A stretch of DNA of 64,000 nucleotides from Bdellovibrionales bacterium (lineage in GTDB: Bacteria > Bdellovibrionota > Bdellovibrionia > Bdellovibrionales > UBA1609), in NCBI GenBank assembly GCA_965200875.1, contig OZ241456.1, positions 160,001 through 224,000 on the forward strand. The letters are read 5' to 3'. Shown piece after piece: positions 37,908 through 47,669 of this stretch. Made by a program: the position numbers and the translations under genes. Position 1 is the first letter of the stretch; every line of letters starts with the position of its first letter. The notes beneath the pieces are model-generated. The model saw nothing but the letters and a program-made list of their open reading frames with translations. It ran no database searches and was not told the DNA's origin.

Positions 37908-38390
37908 ATGTTTTTTACTTATATTTTACCGGGTTTTATTTTGCTTTCTGCCATAGTGGATGATTTAAGGTCCAAAAAAATTCATAACAAGCTCATTCTT
38001 TTTTTGCTCGTGTTGGCTTTACTTTCCCTTTTGATAAAAGAAAGAAGTGTTCAGGCTTTTTTGTTCGCCGGGTTGAACTTGCTTATGGCTTTGGGCATCA
38101 GTGCTCCTTTGGTCCTGTTAAAGGTGATAGGAGGTGGGGACATGAAGCTTTACGCAGTAATGGGCTTGATTCTTTCTCCAAGAGCTTTGCTGATAAGCCT
38201 TGTCTTTGCTTTTTGTTGGGGAGCACTCTTTGGTATCATAAAAACCATTTTGGATAAAAAAGCGAGTATAATGTATATGAACTTTCTTTTTTTGCTAAAG
38301 TTAAAAAAACCTTCTTCCGATACATTAAATAGCTTTCCTTTTTCTGTAAGTTTGTTTTTAGGTTGGTTGAGTGCGTTTTATTTTTTGTAG
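37908..38390 (+). CDS. cpaA: Prepilin peptidase, A24 family (CpaA/TadV)
   Basis: DDLRSKKIHN and IGGGDMKL aspartate motifs, C-terminal PFSVSL, multi-TM. Confidence 0.92.
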   Translation: MFFTYILPGFILLSAIVDDLRSKKIHNKLILFLLVLALLSLLIKERSVQAFLFAGLNLLMALGISAPLVLLKVIGGGDMKLYAVMGLILSPRALLISLVFAFCWGALFGIIKTILDKKASIMYMNFLFLLKLKKPSSDTLNSFPFSVSLFLGWLSAFYFL

Positions 38391-38406
38391 TAGCTAGCCA
38401 AAGATA

Positions 38407-38457
38407 AAACATCTCCCTAAAACCAAGCAAGATTCCCGTTTTCACGGGACTGAAAAG
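38407..38457. repeat. Right arm of the 51-bp inverted repeat
   Basis: aaacatctccctaaaaccaagcaagattcccgttttcacgggactgaaaag. Confidence 0.93.
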
Positions 38458-38481
38458 AGAGAGAACAAAGCGAGAAATTTT

Positions 38482-38754
38482 ATGAAAAAAGTTTTAAACT
38501 GTTTCCCGGGGCGTGGGGCTTCCGGGCAGGCGATAGTGGAGGTGGTTTTGATAATGGCTTTACTTATGGCTACTGCTTATGGCGCAAAGGAGATTTTCGA
38601 TGAAAAAAAAACCGTTGCTAAATTTATTTCTGAACCTTGGGAAACCATTAGTGGGATGATGGAATCCGGTGTGTGGATGAAAAAAAATGTTGCTCGTAAA
38701 GAACACCCAAACCATTTTAAAAGAATGTCTGCGGAGGAAGGGGAGACCCTCTGA
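38482..38754 (+). CDS. TadE/Flp-like minor pilin
   Basis: SG|QAIVEVVLIMALL motif. Confidence 0.82.
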   Translation: MKKVLNCFPGRGASGQAIVEVVLIMALLMATAYGAKEIFDEKKTVAKFISEPWETISGMMESGVWMKKNVARKEHPNHFKRMSAEEGETL

Positions 38755-38812
38755 CCTTTAAGCTTTTGGCCCTTTTTTTGCTTTTTAGAGACATAATTAA
38801 AAGGAGTAAGAT

Positions 38813-39430
38813 ATTAAAAAAAAGTTATTTTCCAACAAGGGAAGTTTGACAGTTCAGTTTGTGCTCGGATTTGCTCTTGTTTGGGGTTTCATCGCACTTT
38901 TTGCTGTTATATGTTTTACCTTGGCAGTAAGTAGCATCACGCAGTACATAACTTTTGCCTCCGCCCGCGCTTTATTTTTGGGAACAAAAAGTTTAAAAGG
39001 AGAGGGCGGGCAAAAAGAAATGGCAAAACAAACTTATAATGATTTAAAGAACAAGTTTCGTAATGAAGAAGGGGCAGGCATTTTCAGCCCCGATGTAATT
39101 GATATAGACCAGATGCCAGTTACGGGAATTAATCCGGGGGAGAAGGGGGAATTTATTCCTTCCAGCAGTGATCCTAACTTGTTTTATGGAGCCTGGACAA
39201 AGTTTGTCCCAAAAGTGTTGAAGATAAAAACTTTTTTTGGAGATTCAGGAGAAGACGATGCTTTTTTTAAGACCACCATTGGTTCTTATCTCGGGCGTGA
39301 ACCGACTATGGACGAATGTGTAGCTTTTGATAAAGCTAGGTGGCCAAAAATAAAAGAGGGGAAGATGCATCCTACAGTATCCTCACCCCCGGCAAGTGTC
39401 GTGATTGAAGTTTTTGATAATGGTTGTTGA
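38813..39430 (+). CDS. TadE-like pseudopilin (probable ATT start; ORF track start 38846)
   Basis: In-frame IKKKLFSNKG|SLTVQFVLGFAL leader; ITQYITFASARA; AAGGAG 6 nt before ATT. Confidence 0.78.
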   Translation: MKKKLFSNKGSLTVQFVLGFALVWGFIALFAVICFTLAVSSITQYITFASARALFLGTKSLKGEGGQKEMAKQTYNDLKNKFRNEEGAGIFSPDVIDIDQMPVTGINPGEKGEFIPSSSDPNLFYGAWTKFVPKVLKIKTFFGDSGEDDAFFKTTIGSYLGREPTMDECVAFDKARWPKIKEGKMHPTVSSPPASVVIEVFDNGC

Positions 39431-39458
39431 ATGAAGGGGCTTAAAGGAGATATGAACT

Positions 39459-40019
39459 ATGAATATCAGGATCCTTTGTCGGAAGTCCTACAGCCTTCCG
39501 CCGTTTAAAGTTTTATCCAACAAAAAGGGTATGGCCATGTTGGAGGCTTTTTTGATTCTCTGGGTGATGTTTGTTTTTCTGGGTGCTACTCTTGGCTCCT
39601 GGGGTATTGCTCAAACGGCGGTTTTGCACTCTATTGCCGCCAGAAACTACTCTTTTTTTCTTTTTAATAATCGATCAGATCTTTCTTATTTGCGGGATTT
39701 TTCATATCCCTCCTTAGACAAAACCTTGACAAGTAAATATTACAGGGAAGATGGTTCACCTGGTCGTGGTGGGAAAAGATTTGCTTTTATCATTCCAGAA
39801 AATTCATCTCCAGATGCCGGGGCTAATGTTTTAGCCACTTTGCGGAAAGTGGATTTCAGAGAAGATCTTTACTCATCCAGTGAAGATGGTGTTTTAGGCC
39901 CAATGAAGCATAACAATATCAAGGGTGCAGTGCCTGAACGAAATCAAAACAAAGTCATTCCTGCTTGGATCATGGTGGGATACGGTATTTGCCTCAGTGA
40001 AAAATGCGGAGGAGATTAA
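39459..40019 (+). CDS. TadE-like pseudopilin
   Basis: NKKG|MAMLEAFLIL motif, HSIAARNY, terminal Cys pair. Confidence 0.8.
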   Translation: MNIRILCRKSYSLPPFKVLSNKKGMAMLEAFLILWVMFVFLGATLGSWGIAQTAVLHSIAARNYSFFLFNNRSDLSYLRDFSYPSLDKTLTSKYYREDGSPGRGGKRFAFIIPENSSPDAGANVLATLRKVDFREDLYSSSEDGVLGPMKHNNIKGAVPERNQNKVIPAWIMVGYGICLSEKCGGD

Positions 40020-40164
40020 TTAAATATCTTTTAAAAAAATATTAATTCTTAAAATCTTTTTTTCCGAAATAAAAATATGAGGGAAAATTCCCACGGCTTA
40101 AGGCTTAAGTCCTGATGAATAAAATCCTCGGTTAAAATCCCTTTTAGTGAATGAGGCTTTGCAG

Positions 40165-40992
40165 ATGAATAAAAATGAAACTTTAACTTTGTGGCTCAGT
40201 ATTGGTGCGGCTATTTTCGCGGTTATGCTTCTTTACAGCTATACACAGGAAAAAAGTGCTCAGGTAGCCAAAAAATTTGGTTCTATGGCTTCTGTGGTGA
40301 CAGCAGTCAGAGAAATCGGAGAAATGGAAACAGTGGATGACTCCATGATTGAGCTTAAGGAGTACCCCAGCAGTTTCATTCAGCCGGAGGCTTTGCGGAC
40401 AATGGAGGAGGCCCTAGGTCTTGTAGCTTTAGCTCCTATCAGTGAAGGGGAGCAGGTGCTCAGAACAAAAATCACTCGCCCAGGCCCCACCACGGGTCTT
40501 TCTCTTCAAGTGTCTCCCAGCAAAAGGGCTTTAACCATTCCCATTGATGAAATGAGAGGGGTGGCCAAACTTTTAAAACCAGGAGATCGTGTGGATGTGA
40601 TCGCAGCACTGGATGTAAAGTCAGGAGTTTCCCAAAAAAAAGAAATAAAAACCATTATGCAGGATGTGGTTATCTTAGCGACAGGGATCAAAGTGGTAAA
40701 TGAACTTCCTAGGGTGTTTGAGGAAATCAGTGGAGATAGTTTTATTCGCAATATCCGTTCAGCGACAGATTTTAACTCCATTACCATTGAAGCAGACCCT
40801 AAGGATATCCAGGATCTGGTGTATGTGCTTTCCACCTCCCCTGGAGCTTTATTTCTTTCTTTAAGGCATCCAAGTGATCACTCTTTTACAGGTCATTTGC
40901 CGACTTCCAGTTTAAACTCTTTGTTGGGAAAAACTCCAAAGCGAAAACCCTCCGCGAAAAGAAAAAATGACTTGCCTAAGCTTTATAAATAA
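40165..40992 (+). CDS. cpaB: Flp pilus assembly protein CpaB/RcpC
   Basis: N-terminal TM, SAF-like domain, KRALTIPID...GVAKLLKPGDRVDVI, QDVVILATG. Confidence 0.93.
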   Translation: MNKNETLTLWLSIGAAIFAVMLLYSYTQEKSAQVAKKFGSMASVVTAVREIGEMETVDDSMIELKEYPSSFIQPEALRTMEEALGLVALAPISEGEQVLRTKITRPGPTTGLSLQVSPSKRALTIPIDEMRGVAKLLKPGDRVDVIAALDVKSGVSQKKEIKTIMQDVVILATGIKVVNELPRVFEEISGDSFIRNIRSATDFNSITIEADPKDIQDLVYVLSTSPGALFLSLRHPSDHSFTGHLPTSSLNSLLGKTPKRKPSAKRKNDLPKLYK

Positions 40993-40999
40993 AAAAGAG

Positions 41000-42574
41000 A
41001 TGGATATGAGAAAAAACTTTTTTTTTAAATTTTTTAAAGCTCGATTTTCTAGATGTCGGGAGCAAAAATCCTCTCAAAAAAAGAGCTTTTTTTTTATAAA
41101 GTGTTTTCTCCCATTGGTTTTTTGCCTAAGTTCTCCAGGGCTTAGGGGAGCACGGAATATGAGTTTAGAAACTTTACCGCTTTATGTGGGTGTTCAGTAT
41201 GATTATCAGCTTTCCTCAGACTTAAAAGGAAAAAAACTGAAGTTTGAAGGTTCTTATAAACGATACACCGGTTTGAAGTATAACTCAAAGACAGGGATTA
41301 TTCGTTTTATCCCCAGAAGAGTGGGGGTGAGTGCTTTGAATATCAAGGGTTTAAAAGGAAAGATTTTAAAAAAGCTTACCTTGAAAGTCAGTAAAACGGA
41401 CTTACAACAAGCCGCTACCGAAATTCAATCTCTCTTAAGAGCTGTGGATGGTATTCAGGTTAAAATTTTAAACAACAAAGTAGTGGTGGACGGAGAAATT
41501 TTGGTTCCAAGGGACATGAGACGTATTCACGATGTGGTGCGGGAGTACAGAGGCAAAGCCACCTCTCTTGTGACTTTAAGTCCTCTGGCGCAAAGTAAAG
41601 TGGCTAAATTTATCGAAAAGGAAATCAATGATCCAAATATTACTGTGCGGGCTACGAATATGGTGTTTATTTTAGAGGGTTTTGTCTCCAAACCGGCAGA
41701 AAAAAAGCGCGCTTTTGAAATTGCACAGCTTTATCTTCCCGATCATGTTGTGGATAGAGCCATCAGCGAAAACAAGGTTAAGGAGTGGAAGAGAACCCCG
41801 GTCTTAAATTACATTCAGGTTCGGGAAAAAAAGGCGGACACAAGACCTAAACTTATTCAGCTGATTGTGCATTATGTAGAATTGAATAAGGACTATGCAG
41901 ATAGTTTTCGCTTCCAGTGGACACCACAAATTGATGACACCCCCACTAAATTTACTTTTCATACCGGAAGTGCAGGACTAGGAGCCATTGGAGGGGTGTT
42001 GGCCGGTACCATCAATAATTTTTTGCCTAAACTGAATTGGGCCAAATCTTTTGGTTTCGCCCGGATTTTACACAGTGCCAATGTTATTACAGAAGCCGGA
42101 CAACAGGCTACCATTGCTTCTAAAAAACTCACCCCTTTTCAAGGTTCCACAGGGCAAAATGGAGAGCAAACTGTGGAAATGGCGGAAACAGGAATCCAAA
42201 TGCAACTCACACCGAATGTGGCAGGTCTTAGAGGAGATAGTGTTCGGTTGGCCAATGTGGGCTTCACAGTCAGCAACATGGTTGGTTCTGCCGGAGGAAA
42301 ACCCATTACCACTTCCCGAAAGCTTACGACCAGTATTCATGTTCAAAGCGGATTAAGTGCGGTAATGGGAGGAATTATCAGCAATAAAACTTTTTCAGAT
42401 TATAATCGGGAGCCTCCTCAGGGAAGTTCCAGGCCCTTGTTTTCTTTTCTGGCCTCCAAAAAGTTTCATCGTTCTCAAAGTCAGTTTATTGTGTTTGTAA
42501 CCCCTATTATCAAGACTTCTGCCAGTTCAGGAGTCCGTAGAATTAAGAAAAAATTTAAACTTTCGGGTAGGTGA
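41000..42574 (+). CDS. cpaC: Tad secretin CpaC/RcpA with BON-like domains
   Basis: VVVDGEI BON-like region, IQLIVHYVEL, ARILHSANVIT, ETGIQMQLTP, SQFIVFVTP; start uncertain. Confidence 0.88.
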   Translation: MDMRKNFFFKFFKARFSRCREQKSSQKKSFFFIKCFLPLVFCLSSPGLRGARNMSLETLPLYVGVQYDYQLSSDLKGKKLKFEGSYKRYTGLKYNSKTGIIRFIPRRVGVSALNIKGLKGKILKKLTLKVSKTDLQQAATEIQSLLRAVDGIQVKILNNKVVVDGEILVPRDMRRIHDVVREYRGKATSLVTLSPLAQSKVAKFIEKEINDPNITVRATNMVFILEGFVSKPAEKKRAFEIAQLYLPDHVVDRAISENKVKEWKRTPVLNYIQVREKKADTRPKLIQLIVHYVELNKDYADSFRFQWTPQIDDTPTKFTFHTGSAGLGAIGGVLAGTINNFLPKLNWAKSFGFARILHSANVITEAGQQATIASKKLTPFQGSTGQNGEQTVEMAETGIQMQLTPNVAGLRGDSVRLANVGFTVSNMVGSAGGKPITTSRKLTTSIHVQSGLSAVMGGIISNKTFSDYNREPPQGSSRPLFSFLASKKFHRSQSQFIVFVTPIIKTSASSGVRRIKKKFKLSGR

Positions 42575-42645
42575 CTACACTTTCTCCTAAAGAGACTGCC
42601 GTCTTCTTCCGAATGAATTATTTAAAACAGGAATAAGGGTAAATA

Positions 42646-44904
42646 ATGAATCCAGGATGTCATTTAATTGCTGTAACCGGAGGCAAAGGGGGTGTGGGAA
42701 AAAGTGTTCTCGCAGCTAACCTAGCTTTTGCCCTGCAAAAGGAAATGAAAACCCCAGCTTTGCTGATTGACCTAGATGAAAAAAGCTGTGGAGATCAAAG
42801 CGTTATTATTGGGCTTAGGCCCCGGAAAACTGTTTTGGATTTAACCCGCTTTTCCGGGGTAATCAGCGATCAAAACGCCAAAAGCTTTTTAGCTTATCAT
42901 AAGGCGGGGCTAGCTTATCTTGGAGCTGTAACAGGTCCTGAGCAAAACTTGTCCGGGGACCCTAAACTTTTTGAAAAACAGCTTTATGGGCTTTCTCAGA
43001 TTTTTAAGTATATTGTGGTGGATGTAGGTTCTCTTTTAAACCCTTTGCAGTTTTCCGCCTTAGAAATATCCAGTGCCATTTTGGTGGTGCTCACTCCAGA
43101 GATTTTGGTGGTGAATCAAACCAAAAGACTTTTAAACGAAATGAGTTCTCAGACTCTTCCCTCTCAGCTTTTTCAAATTGTGATCAATCAATCTGGAAAA
43201 GGAGGGCTTTCTACGCAGGCTATTTCCTCCAGCTTGAGGCTCCCCGTGGTGGCGATATTACCTAAAGATGATCTCTCCTCCTCTCAGGCTCTGGAGTCCT
43301 CTCTCCCTTTTGTACTGTCTAGGCCCTCATTGCCTCTCACTCAGGGTTTTCATGATATGGTAAGAAGGCTGGTGGGAGGAGTTTTGCAAAGAAACAAAGC
43401 TCTGATTCGTCCTAAAAAACCGTCCGCATCTAGTTCTGCTCCTTCGGGAAACACTTCTTCTCCTGGTGCCTCCTCTACTCAGGGGCGTGAGCTTACCCCT
43501 CTTATTATTTTGAAAATGCAAATTCATACGGAACTGATAAAAGAGATGGATCTCAAAAAAGATCTCACTCAGGCCAAAGATGAAGCCTCCAAACAGGAGC
43601 TAAAAAACAAAACACAGATTGTGGTGTCACGCTTGGTGGATAGAAGAGGCCAAGGGCTTTCTCGCCAAGAAAGAAGCCAAGTGATAAAGCAAGTTTTAGA
43701 TGAATCTTTGGGGCTTGGTCCCTTGGAGGAATTGCTTGCCGATCCAGCTGTTACAGAAATTATGGTGAATGGTTGTGATCAGATTTTTTGTGAAAGGAGC
43801 GGAAAAATTCAGTTAAGCCCCGTGACTTTTACTTCCAATCAGCAGTTAAGGAATGTGATAGAGAGAATTGTTACCCCCCTAGGCCGAAGAATTGACGAAA
43901 AAACCCCTTATGTGGATGCTCGTTTAGCAGATGGCTCCCGGGTAAATGCAGTGATTGAACCTCTTTCCATTGATGGTCCGGCAGTTACTATTCGTAAATT
44001 TCCACAGGACAGAGTGGTTATTGATGATCTGGTAAGTCGCTTTGGATCCATGACTTCTGCAATGGCAGATTTTTTTAAGATCTGTGTGGAGCAGGGCCTG
44101 AATATTGTAATATCTGGCGGAACCGGTTCCGGAAAAACCACTCTTTTAAATGTGCTTTCAAGCTTTATTCCAGCCAATGAGAGAATCATTACTGTAGAAG
44201 ACGCAGCAGAGCTTCAGTTAAAACAGGAACATGTTGTAAGGCTTGAGACTCGTCCGGCCAATATGGAGGGAACGGGGGAGGTTAGTATCAGGGACTTAAT
44301 TCGAAACTCCCTTAGAATGAGACCAGATCGCATTGTAGTGGGGGAATGCCGGGATGGTGCGGCTTTGGATATGCTTTCCGCCATGAATACGGGCCACGAT
44401 GGGTCCATGACCACTGTGCATGCCAATAACCCAAGAGAGGCTTGTGCTAGGCTTGAAACTTTATGTTTAATGGCCGGCATGGATCTGCCGATAAAAGCTA
44501 TCAGGGAACAAGTGGCGGGTGCGGTGCATCTGATTATTCAAATCGGAAGACTCAGTGACGGGACCCGAAAAGTAAAAAATGTGGCGGAAGTGGTGGGAAT
44601 GCAGGGAGATACTGTGACTTTGCAGGAAATTTTTCGATTTAAAGAGGAAGGCTTTGACAAAAACCGAAAAATTCTGGGGCAGTTTCAGGCTATGGGTATG
44701 ATTCCCACTTTTATAGAAAAATTTGAAAAAAGAGGTTTGAAAATTCCCAGATCTCTTTTCACCACTAGCTCTTCCACTAGAAATGAAAAAAAGTCTTTAT
44801 TGAGTGCCGGCAAAGCCGGCTTGAAAAAGGCACCGGGAATAGCTGGCAAAAAGTTATCCCTTAAAAAACCTCTTTCCCCACCCGGAGTAAAAAAGGCTGG
44901 GTAA
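42646..44904 (+). CDS. tadA: Fused CpaE/TadZ (MinD-like) - CpaF/TadA pilus ATPase
   Basis: N-terminal GGKGGVGKS deviant Walker A; C-terminal GLGPLE, SGGTGSGKTT, LRMRPDRIVVGE, AMNTGHDGS. Confidence 0.95.
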   Translation: MNPGCHLIAVTGGKGGVGKSVLAANLAFALQKEMKTPALLIDLDEKSCGDQSVIIGLRPRKTVLDLTRFSGVISDQNAKSFLAYHKAGLAYLGAVTGPEQNLSGDPKLFEKQLYGLSQIFKYIVVDVGSLLNPLQFSALEISSAILVVLTPEILVVNQTKRLLNEMSSQTLPSQLFQIVINQSGKGGLSTQAISSSLRLPVVAILPKDDLSSSQALESSLPFVLSRPSLPLTQGFHDMVRRLVGGVLQRNKALIRPKKPSASSSAPSGNTSSPGASSTQGRELTPLIILKMQIHTELIKEMDLKKDLTQAKDEASKQELKNKTQIVVSRLVDRRGQGLSRQERSQVIKQVLDESLGLGPLEELLADPAVTEIMVNGCDQIFCERSGKIQLSPVTFTSNQQLRNVIERIVTPLGRRIDEKTPYVDARLADGSRVNAVIEPLSIDGPAVTIRKFPQDRVVIDDLVSRFGSMTSAMADFFKICVEQGLNIVISGGTGSGKTTLLNVLSSFIPANERIITVEDAAELQLKQEHVVRLETRPANMEGTGEVSIRDLIRNSLRMRPDRIVVGECRDGAALDMLSAMNTGHDGSMTTVHANNPREACARLETLCLMAGMDLPIKAIREQVAGAVHLIIQIGRLSDGTRKVKNVAEVVGMQGDTVTLQEIFRFKEEGFDKNRKILGQFQAMGMIPTFIEKFEKRGLKIPRSLFTTSSSTRNEKKSLLSAGKAGLKKAPGIAGKKLSLKKPLSPPGVKKAG

Positions 44905-44972
44905 AAAAAGAGATCACCGGTTGGTAAGCTTTAAAAAAGCCCGGCTTAAAACTTTAAAGGAGCCCCTAGAAA

Positions 44973-45863
44973 ATGGACCTTTTAAAAACTTTTTTTTTAA
45001 AGCCTTTTGTTTTGTCCATTGTAGTGGGCCTGTTGGTGTTTTTGTTTTTTTATATTCGTTTTCCGGGAATTATAAATTTTTTTAAGGATAAAACCCTTAA
45101 TTCTCAAAAAGAGATTTTAAGAATTGCTGATCAGATGATGCTTAAAGTTTCCGAAGAAAAAATCGCGCTTTGGCTTTGGGTTTTTGGACTCTGTTTTGGC
45201 TTTTTGATTTTTTTGGCCTGTTGGCCCAGTTTGCCTTTAGGTGTGGTGTTTGGTTCTATAGGATTTCTTTGTTCTTGGATTGGAATACAGCAAATTATGC
45301 GGACCAAGTGGGAGACTAGATCTAATAAATTGGTCCGTGAGATGGTGGAAGGGCTTACCATTATGACCAATGGAGTGAAAGTAGGTCTCAGTATCACCCA
45401 AGCTATGGAAAGAGTGATTAAGAACATGAAAGGTGGGCCTTTGGCTCAGGAATTTCAGCTGGTATTGAATAAGACACACTTAGGTATGAGTGTTGAGGAG
45501 GCTTTTACGGAAATGGAAAAAAGAATTGATCGACCGGATGTTACCATGATGGTGGTGGCCATCAATATTTTGAAAGAAACCGGAGGAAATATCGCGGAAA
45601 CTTTGGCGGTAATTTCTGAGACCATTAGAGAAAGGCAAAAAGTGCAAAATAAGATCAGCGCGCTTACAGCTCAAGGAACCATGCAGGCCATTATTATTTC
45701 CATTGTGCCTTTTGTGATTCTTATCGGAATGTTTGCAACAGATAAAAGAAAAGCAGAGCTGATGCTGGGCACGCCTTTGGGCCTGCTTTCTTTGTTAATA
45801 ATTATGGCTTTGATTTTTTCCGGTGGATTTTTAATGAAAAAAGTGGTTACAATTAAAGTCTGA
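44973..45863 (+). CDS. tadB: Tad inner-membrane platform protein TadB
   Basis: GVKVGLSI.QA, PLAQEF, ETGGNIAETL, TIRER, ALTAQG. Confidence 0.93.
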   Translation: MDLLKTFFLKPFVLSIVVGLLVFLFFYIRFPGIINFFKDKTLNSQKEILRIADQMMLKVSEEKIALWLWVFGLCFGFLIFLACWPSLPLGVVFGSIGFLCSWIGIQQIMRTKWETRSNKLVREMVEGLTIMTNGVKVGLSITQAMERVIKNMKGGPLAQEFQLVLNKTHLGMSVEEAFTEMEKRIDRPDVTMMVVAINILKETGGNIAETLAVISETIRERQKVQNKISALTAQGTMQAIIISIVPFVILIGMFATDKRKAELMLGTPLGLLSLLIIMALIFSGGFLMKKVVTIKV

Positions 45864-45955
45864 TGTTTTTTGGTTTTAACTCATTTAAAAAATCGGTTTG
45901 GAAGTTTTGAGTTTTCTAAGCTGGAGAATATAAAATCTGCGAGGGGGATATAATA

Positions 45956-47596
45956 ATGAAAATAAAGCTCAGTTTGCTTTTTTTTGTGTTTTGTGGATTT
46001 GAGGTCAAAGCACTTGTGGATACCAAGAATGCCAACTACACGAAAACCTTTGTGGATATTTCCATTCCTGGATCGGGACTTCCTCTTTTAGTGGAGCGCA
46101 CTTATAATTCCAGATCTCTTTACAGGGGAATGTTTGGTTATGGCTGGTGTTCCAATTTGGAAACCCGGCTGGAGGTTATGCCGGACAATACCTTAATGAT
46201 TGTGGAGTGCGGAGGGGGTTTGGAAATTCCTTATGTTTCCAATATGTCCAAAGGTAGTCGTCAAGCTTTGATTCAAAGGATTATGGCCGAGGTAAAAAAG
46301 AAAAAAGGACTTTCCAAGAAGTATGTAAGTCAGGTGGAAAGGGATTTAAAAAAATCCCCACTCCTTCAGTCCGAGCTGATTCGGGCTTTTCGTTTAAGAG
46401 GAAAGGCAAAAGCCGGGGAAACTTATCGGGCCGTGGGTCGACAAGGTGATTACATTCAATTTACGGGCAGTCAGTATCGGAGAACCCTTCCTAATTCGCA
46501 GGTTCAGATTTTTGATCAAACTGGCGCACTTATTCAGGAGCAGGATAAATCCGGGAACTGGATAAAGATACGAAGAAAAAAAGGCAAAATTGTGAAAGTC
46601 ATGGACAATAAAGGAAGAAGCCTTAGCTTCAGAAGAAAAAAAGGAGTGCTCACCATAACAGGGCCAAATGGTCTTAAAGCCAGTTATACCATTGAAGGAG
46701 ATAACCTTTTAAGTGTGGTAAATAGCAAAGGGGAAAAATATGTGCATCTTTACGACAGCAATCATAACCTGATAAAAACCCGCTATCCAGATGGCACTTA
46801 TGAGTCTTTAAGCTATAATAAGAACAGGGATTGGGTGATGTCTTTTAAAGATCGTCGGGGTTGCAAGGAAAGATACAAATATGTCACCAATAAAAGAAAC
46901 AAAGATCATTATTGGACAGATGTGAGAAAAATTTGTGGAAAAAGGGTGACCAATATCAGTCGGTACGAATTTTGGAACCGGAAAAAACCGGACGGCAGTA
47001 AATATCTTTATCGGGCACGACAAAAAGTAAATGGCTTGGTTGCAGATATCACTTATGACGGGAAAACAGGTTCTCCCCTTTCTGTGACCCGAAACAGAAT
47101 CACCACTCGCTATGCTTATTATGGGAACGGCTTTTTAAAATCCCGATTGGATCCGGGAAGAAAAGTGACTTTTTCCAAATACAATAACAAATGCAAAAAA
47201 CCCACTCAGGTTTTGGTGCAGTATATTCAAAATAAAAAGCCCGTTCGTAAGGTACAAACACAGATCTCTTATGATGCGAAAAAATGTCATCTGACTATGG
47301 CTAAACAATCCGGCACGGGCCGGTGGGTGGTTGTAAAAAGAGATCACTTAGGGCGTATATCAGAGATGCGGGATCAGAGTAAAAAAAGAATTATCGTGGC
47401 TTATGATGAAAGATACAGTAAACCTAAAAAGATCACTCGCCCTGGTGTAGGATCCATTCAGGTTTTTTACAATAAAGCGGGCCAAGTGGATACGGGAAAA
47501 ACCAGAACCGATCCCACAGTAGCGGCTCAGGTGGCAAGTGTCTTTAACGGCTTTTTGGAAATTATCTCTCCGGTGGCAAGGAATATTAATATCTAA
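45956..47596 (+). CDS. Exported RHS/YD-repeat protein (Bd0109-like)
   Basis: Signal peptide, ERTYNSRS...GMFGYGW, YD-type repeats (YDSNHNL, DHLGRI); no toxin tip. Confidence 0.88.
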   Translation: MKIKLSLLFFVFCGFEVKALVDTKNANYTKTFVDISIPGSGLPLLVERTYNSRSLYRGMFGYGWCSNLETRLEVMPDNTLMIVECGGGLEIPYVSNMSKGSRQALIQRIMAEVKKKKGLSKKYVSQVERDLKKSPLLQSELIRAFRLRGKAKAGETYRAVGRQGDYIQFTGSQYRRTLPNSQVQIFDQTGALIQEQDKSGNWIKIRRKKGKIVKVMDNKGRSLSFRRKKGVLTITGPNGLKASYTIEGDNLLSVVNSKGEKYVHLYDSNHNLIKTRYPDGTYESLSYNKNRDWVMSFKDRRGCKERYKYVTNKRNKDHYWTDVRKICGKRVTNISRYEFWNRKKPDGSKYLYRARQKVNGLVADITYDGKTGSPLSVTRNRITTRYAYYGNGFLKSRLDPGRKVTFSKYNNKCKKPTQVLVQYIQNKKPVRKVQTQISYDAKKCHLTMAKQSGTGRWVVVKRDHLGRISEMRDQSKKRIIVAYDERYSKPKKITRPGVGSIQVFYNKAGQVDTGKTRTDPTVAAQVASVFNGFLEIISPVARNINI

Positions 47597-47669
47597 TTAC
47601 TTAAGGCTACCGATGACTCCTCTTTTAGAGGATTGATTTTTGGATCAAGAAAATTCAGGAGAAAACAGG

